Below are positions 60,026 through 64,000 of a DNA stretch of 64,000 nucleotides, piece after piece (position 1 is the stretch's first letter; every line of letters begins with the position of its first letter). The notes below the pieces were generated by a model. The model was not told the DNA's origin. It saw nothing but the letters and a program-made list of their open reading frames with translations, and ran no database searches. Origin of the DNA: Candidatus Aenigmatarchaeota archaeon (GTDB lineage Archaea; Aenigmatarchaeota; Aenigmatarchaeia; CG10238-14; SpSt-28); assembly GCA_039000985.1 (NCBI GenBank), contig JAWBMD010000002.1, forward strand, positions 38,369 through 102,368. Reading direction: 5' to 3'. Made by a program: the position numbers and the translations under genes.

Positions 60026-61335
60026 TTAAAAAATGATCCAAAAATTCATCCACTCGAGTATCCATTTCCATAATGGTCTACATCTAACTTCTTTGTTATT
60101 AACTTTTAACTCATCTTCATAATCCCATGTTATTATTAATAAATGCTCACATTTCAACTGCTCAATAGCTTTCAGTAAAGCCTTAATTTCCCTTTTATCA
60201 ATTTCATCCTTGCTTGAAGCATAAGTTAGTTGAATAAACTGATTAATTTTTAATCCTTCTTTAATTACAAAATCAACCTCGTTATCATCAACCTTAAAGT
60301 AATATGCTCCTCTTCCTCTTCTTTTTAACTCTAAGAATACAACATTCTCCATAAATCTACCAATATCTTTACTAATTCTAAACCCAACTACATTACTCAA
60401 ACCAGTATCTATACTATAAACTTTTTTGGAAGCTTTTCCTGTGTTTTGAGTGATGGAGAAAAAGCATTTATAAAAAGTAATAAAAAGGACTCTTGAAAAT
60501 AATATGAAAATCTTTCAATTGTATGTATTGGTACTTTTAGATTTTTTGAAAGCGAATTAAATGTTATTTTATTTGAAATATTGCTTAAATAAAAAACTGC
60601 AATTTTCCTCAATTTTTCTATTTCCTTTATTTTATATCTTTCTGCCACATCTTTTATCACTATAGTTTCGAAGTAAGATCTCAATAATTCCTCATCTTTT
60701 GTCAAAACAACTCTAGGAAAGTCACCAAGCTGCATATATTCAAAAAGTAACTTAAGAACATCTCTTTTTCTTCCAATAATTTCCAATTTATTTTTAGCAA
60801 TAAAATTCCTGAACTTTAAAAACTAGGCAAAAGAAAGTGGAAACACTCTAAATTCTAAATATCTACCAGAAAGCAAAGTCGCATATTCCCTACTTAAAAG
60901 CTTTGAAGAAGAGCCAGAAACAAAAATATTGGCTTCATTTTTATAATGTAATGTTCTAACAAATCTTTCTCATTTTGGAATATTATGAATCTCATTTAAG
61001 AATAAAAATGCTTTTTTACCTTTCCATATCCTTTCTTTATATAAATTTCAAATTTCCTCTAATAACTTTAACGAATACTCCTCTCATCTATAATTTTCAA
61101 AATTTACTATTAGAATTCTTTCTTTTTCTACATTGGCTTTTATTAATTCCTTAGCTAATTGTAATACTAAAGTTGATTTTCCACTTCTTCTTAAACCAAC
61201 AATAGCTATTATTTCTCTAGTTTGAATCTTTTGCTTTAAGCTTTTAATATAGTTGTCTCTTAAAATCCCTAATTCAATATCTTTAAATCAAAAATCCCTA
61301 TCATTTAATATTTCAAATATCCTTTCTCTATCCAT
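60026..61335 (-). pseudogene. AAA_14/DUF4143 ATP-binding protein, disrupted
   Basis: GLRRSGKST near 61170-61200, GSSSKLL and ENVVFLEL..EVDF, split by stops and frameshifts into fragments including 60409..60786 and 60026..60400. Confidence 0.85.
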
Positions 61336-61382
61336 AACTCATATATGGATTAGAAAAATAAAAAAGATAACTCATGCATCGG

Positions 61383-62660
61383 TTATTTAAACAATAACCA
61401 TTTCCATAATGGTATGCATTTAATTATTTTATCATTAACTTTTATCTCATCTTCATAATCCCATGTGATTATTTGCAAGCTTTTACATCTTAATAGCTCA
61501 GTAGCTTTCAGTAAAGCCTTAATTTCCCTTTTATCAATTTCATCCTTATTGCTAGCATAAGTAACTTGAATAAGCTGGTTAATTTTTAATCCTTCTTTTA
61601 TAACAAAATCAACCTCATTTTGCTGGTAATCTTTAAAGTAAAAAATTTCCCAATTGCTAAACCAATAACTTTTTCTTCTTAATAACTCAACTGCAACTAA
61701 ATTTTCCATCATCTTTCCTCGATTTTCAGAAAGTTTAAAGGCAATAGTATTTATAAAACCATTATCAATACAATAAATTTTTTTCGAAGCAAGAATTTGT
61801 TGCTTAAGTTTTGGAAAGAACCTTTCTAATTCGAAAAATAAGAAAGCTGTCTCTAAATAACTAACCCAATTTGAAATTGTTCTTACACTCATGTTAAAAA
61901 TATTTTTCAAAGAGTTGTAGCTAATTTCATTAGTAGAGTTTGATGCTAAATAATGAGAAAAATCTTTAAAAATCCTAATATTCTTTATATTAAATCTTTG
62001 AATAATATCTCTTTCAACTATATCTTTATAATTCTCACTTAGAAAAATGAAACCAAACTTTTCTACAAGTGGAAATCCACCCTTTTTTAAATAATCCTCG
62101 AGCAAATTCTTAACTTTAGCAATATTTTCAGTAATATAGAAATCTTTTTCTTTCAAACTTAATCCCTTAAAATTTAAATATTCTCTAAAACTAAAAGGAA
62201 ATAGCTCATATTCTATATGCCTTCCAGTTAAAAGCGTAGCAAGCTCTTTGCTCAATAATCTTGCATTACTTCCTGTTATTATAACTTTCTTATTGTTAAT
62301 TACTCTAGCGACAAATTTTTCCCAACCGTGAATGTTTTGAATTTCATCTAAAATTAAAAGATCTACATTTCCTTTAATTGAATAAATAGCTTCTAAAACC
62401 CTATTTAATTCTTTAGCTGGAATATCTAATCTTTCATCTTCAAAATTAACATAACCAAATTTTTCTTTTTTAGATAGTTGAAAAGCAAATATCGATTTTC
62501 CACATCTTCTAATTCCTGTTATTATGTTTGCTATATCTTTTTTTATCTTATTTTTGATAAACCCTAAATTTTCCCTTTCAATAATATTTTCTTCTTCGAA
62601 TTTTTTTAACATACTTTCTTCCCTTTCTATTATTGCCATCTTTATTTCTTCTATTCCCAT
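61383..62660 (-). CDS. AAA_14/DUF4143 ATP-binding protein
   Basis: GIRRCGKS, LDEIQ, TGS, LTGR, ENLV...EVDF. Confidence 0.9.
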   Translation of the reverse strand: MGIEEIKMAIIEREESMLKKFEEENIIERENLGFIKNKIKKDIANIITGIRRCGKSIFAFQLSKKEKFGYVNFEDERLDIPAKELNRVLEAIYSIKGNVDLLILDEIQNIHGWEKFVARVINNKKVIITGSNARLLSKELATLLTGRHIEYELFPFSFREYLNFKGLSLKEKDFYITENIAKVKNLLEDYLKKGGFPLVEKFGFIFLSENYKDIVERDIIQRFNIKNIRIFKDFSHYLASNSTNEISYNSLKNIFNMSVRTISNWVSYLETAFLFFELERFFPKLKQQILASKKIYCIDNGFINTIAFKLSENRGKMMENLVAVELLRRKSYWFSNWEIFYFKDYQQNEVDFVIKEGLKINQLIQVTYASNKDEIDKREIKALLKATELLRCKSLQIITWDYEDEIKVNDKIIKCIPLWKWLLFK

Positions 62661-62760
62661 GCTTCCAATCTTTTTTACCCTATTTAAATATTTATACTGG
62701 TAATTTAAAAATTTAAATAATATTTATAATAGAAGTTAAAATTTTGATAATTTCTATGTT

Positions 62761-64000
62761 TTATTCTAATAACCATTTCCATAAAGGAATACATTTAATC
62801 ACTTTATTATCAATTTTTAGTTCATCTTCATAATCCCAGGTAATTATTAACAAATCTTCACATTTTAATGATTCGCTAGCTTTTAACAAAGCTTTGGTTT
62901 CTCTTCTATCAATTTCATCTTTGCTAGAAGCGTAAGTAACTTGAATTAATTGTTCAATATTTAAACCTTTCTTTAAAACAAAATCAACTTCATTTTGTTG
63001 GTAATCCTTGAAATAAAAAATTTCAATTAGTGGATAAATATTTGTTTTTCTAAGTAATTCTAAAAATACACAATTTTCCATTAATTTTCCTATATCTTGT
63101 GAAAATCTTACTAAAACCGAAATTCCCGTATCAGCAATATATACTTTTTTTGGCCAGCTCCTTCTAACATAAACACTTTTTGAAAATTTGTCAACAAAAA
63201 AAACATTTAAAGTATCTTGCAATTTATCAATGTAATCATAAAGAGTTTTGTTAGTAAAGCTAACTCTTTCCTTTATAGTTTTTCCTATTTTGTTTATACT
63301 AATTTCTTTTCCAAAATTTTGAAAAACAAACTCGAATAAAAATCTTCCTAACTCAAAACTTTTTATTTTATGTCTTTCAACAAAATCAGAAAGAAATATT
63401 TCATCAAAATATCTTTTTAACAATTTTTCTTTTTCATCACTAAAAACAACCTCTGGATATCCACCTTCCTTTAAATACATATCTAAAAGCTTTAATAACT
63501 TCCCTCTTTCTTCAAAAGTATAGTATTCTTTAATTTCAAAGCTGTTAGCAATTAAAAATTCTCTAAAGCTAAATGGAAGCAATAAATAAACTATTGTTCT
63601 TCCTCTTAATTGAGTTGCTATCTCTTTTGGTAGTAATTTAGAAGAGGAACCTGTAATGAAAACCTTATAATCTCTATCAATTAAAGTTCTTACCAAGCTT
63701 TCCCAATCATTAACAACTTGAATTTCATCAAGAAGAAGAGTTTTTGGGGAGAATCCCTTAACTTCAATAAAAATTTTTAAAATTTCAAAAAAATCTTCTG
63801 CCTTAACATTCCTAAATGCCAAATCTTCAAAATTTATGTAAAGAGAATCCTGGTAGAAATTGTTTAGAAGATAAAGCATATACCATGTTTTTCCAGCTCT
63901 TCTTGGTCCTAAAATAGAAATTGCTCTATCTTTAACATCCTTTACTTCTAGCTCTCTTTTAATTCCCCTAAATTTTTTTTCCCTTAGGAAATAATCCCTT
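62761..64000 (-). CDS. AAA_14/DUF4143 ATP-binding protein (5' end beyond window)
   Basis: The frame stays open past 63879 (ISILGPRRAGKT) to the window end. LDEIQ, TGSSSK, EVDF. Confidence 0.9.
   Translation of the reverse strand, partial: RDYFLREKKFRGIKRELEVKDVKDRAISILGPRRAGKTWYMLYLLNNFYQDSLYINFEDLAFRNVKAEDFFEILKIFIEVKGFSPKTLLLDEIQVVNDWESLVRTLIDRDYKVFITGSSSKLLPKEIATQLRGRTIVYLLLPFSFREFLIANSFEIKEYYTFEERGKLLKLLDMYLKEGGYPEVVFSDEKEKLLKRYFDEIFLSDFVERHKIKSFELGRFLFEFVFQNFGKEISINKIGKTIKERVSFTNKTLYDYIDKLQDTLNVFFVDKFSKSVYVRRSWPKKVYIADTGISVLVRFSQDIGKLMENCVFLELLRKTNIYPLIEIFYFKDYQQNEVDFVLKKGLNIEQLIQVTYASSKDEIDRRETKALLKASESLKCEDLLIITWDYEDELKIDNKVIKCIPLWKWLLE

Noticed and set aside
1..64000. CRISPR array, integrase/provirus, retron or DGR
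   Set aside because: I saw no repeat-spacer array, integrase, capsid or reverse transcriptase motifs by eye.

Overview
AT-rich, gene-dense archaeal chromosome segment with DPANN-like character (possibly Aenigmarchaeota-like; this is an inference from gene content, leaderless promoters, overlapping genes, scattered ribosomal protein genes and an unlinked 23S gene). Housekeeping genes include hisS, valS, gltX, trpS, ftsZ, sepF, minD, TIP49, AMP phosphorylase, rpoN and several r-proteins. There are five conventional tRNAs (two with introns), a small restriction-modification island, two very large surface proteins, an IS1634-like relic and a tandem array of AAA_14/DUF4143 ATPase genes. The main discoveries concern bulge-helix-bulge (BHB) RNA processing. 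(1) A circularly permuted tRNA-Ile(GAU) gene at 34287-34392 (minus): the 3' half precedes the 5' half and the flanks form a perfect BHB that joins them at position 30/31. (2) A standalone 23S rRNA gene with eight BHB introns, one encoding a LAGLIDADG endonuclease whose stop codon arises only on intron circularisation. (3) C/D-box-like RNAs in the 23S leader, one complementary to a splice junction of the same transcript. Also found: a Hint/mini-intein domain with a non-nucleophilic +1 residue inside a secreted surface protein not listed in the ORF track, a GmrSD gene frameshifted in an (AG)n tract, and a TPI-NMNAT fusion. All calls come from reading the sequence by eye; no database searches were run, and E. 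coli rRNA numbering is approximate, from memory.
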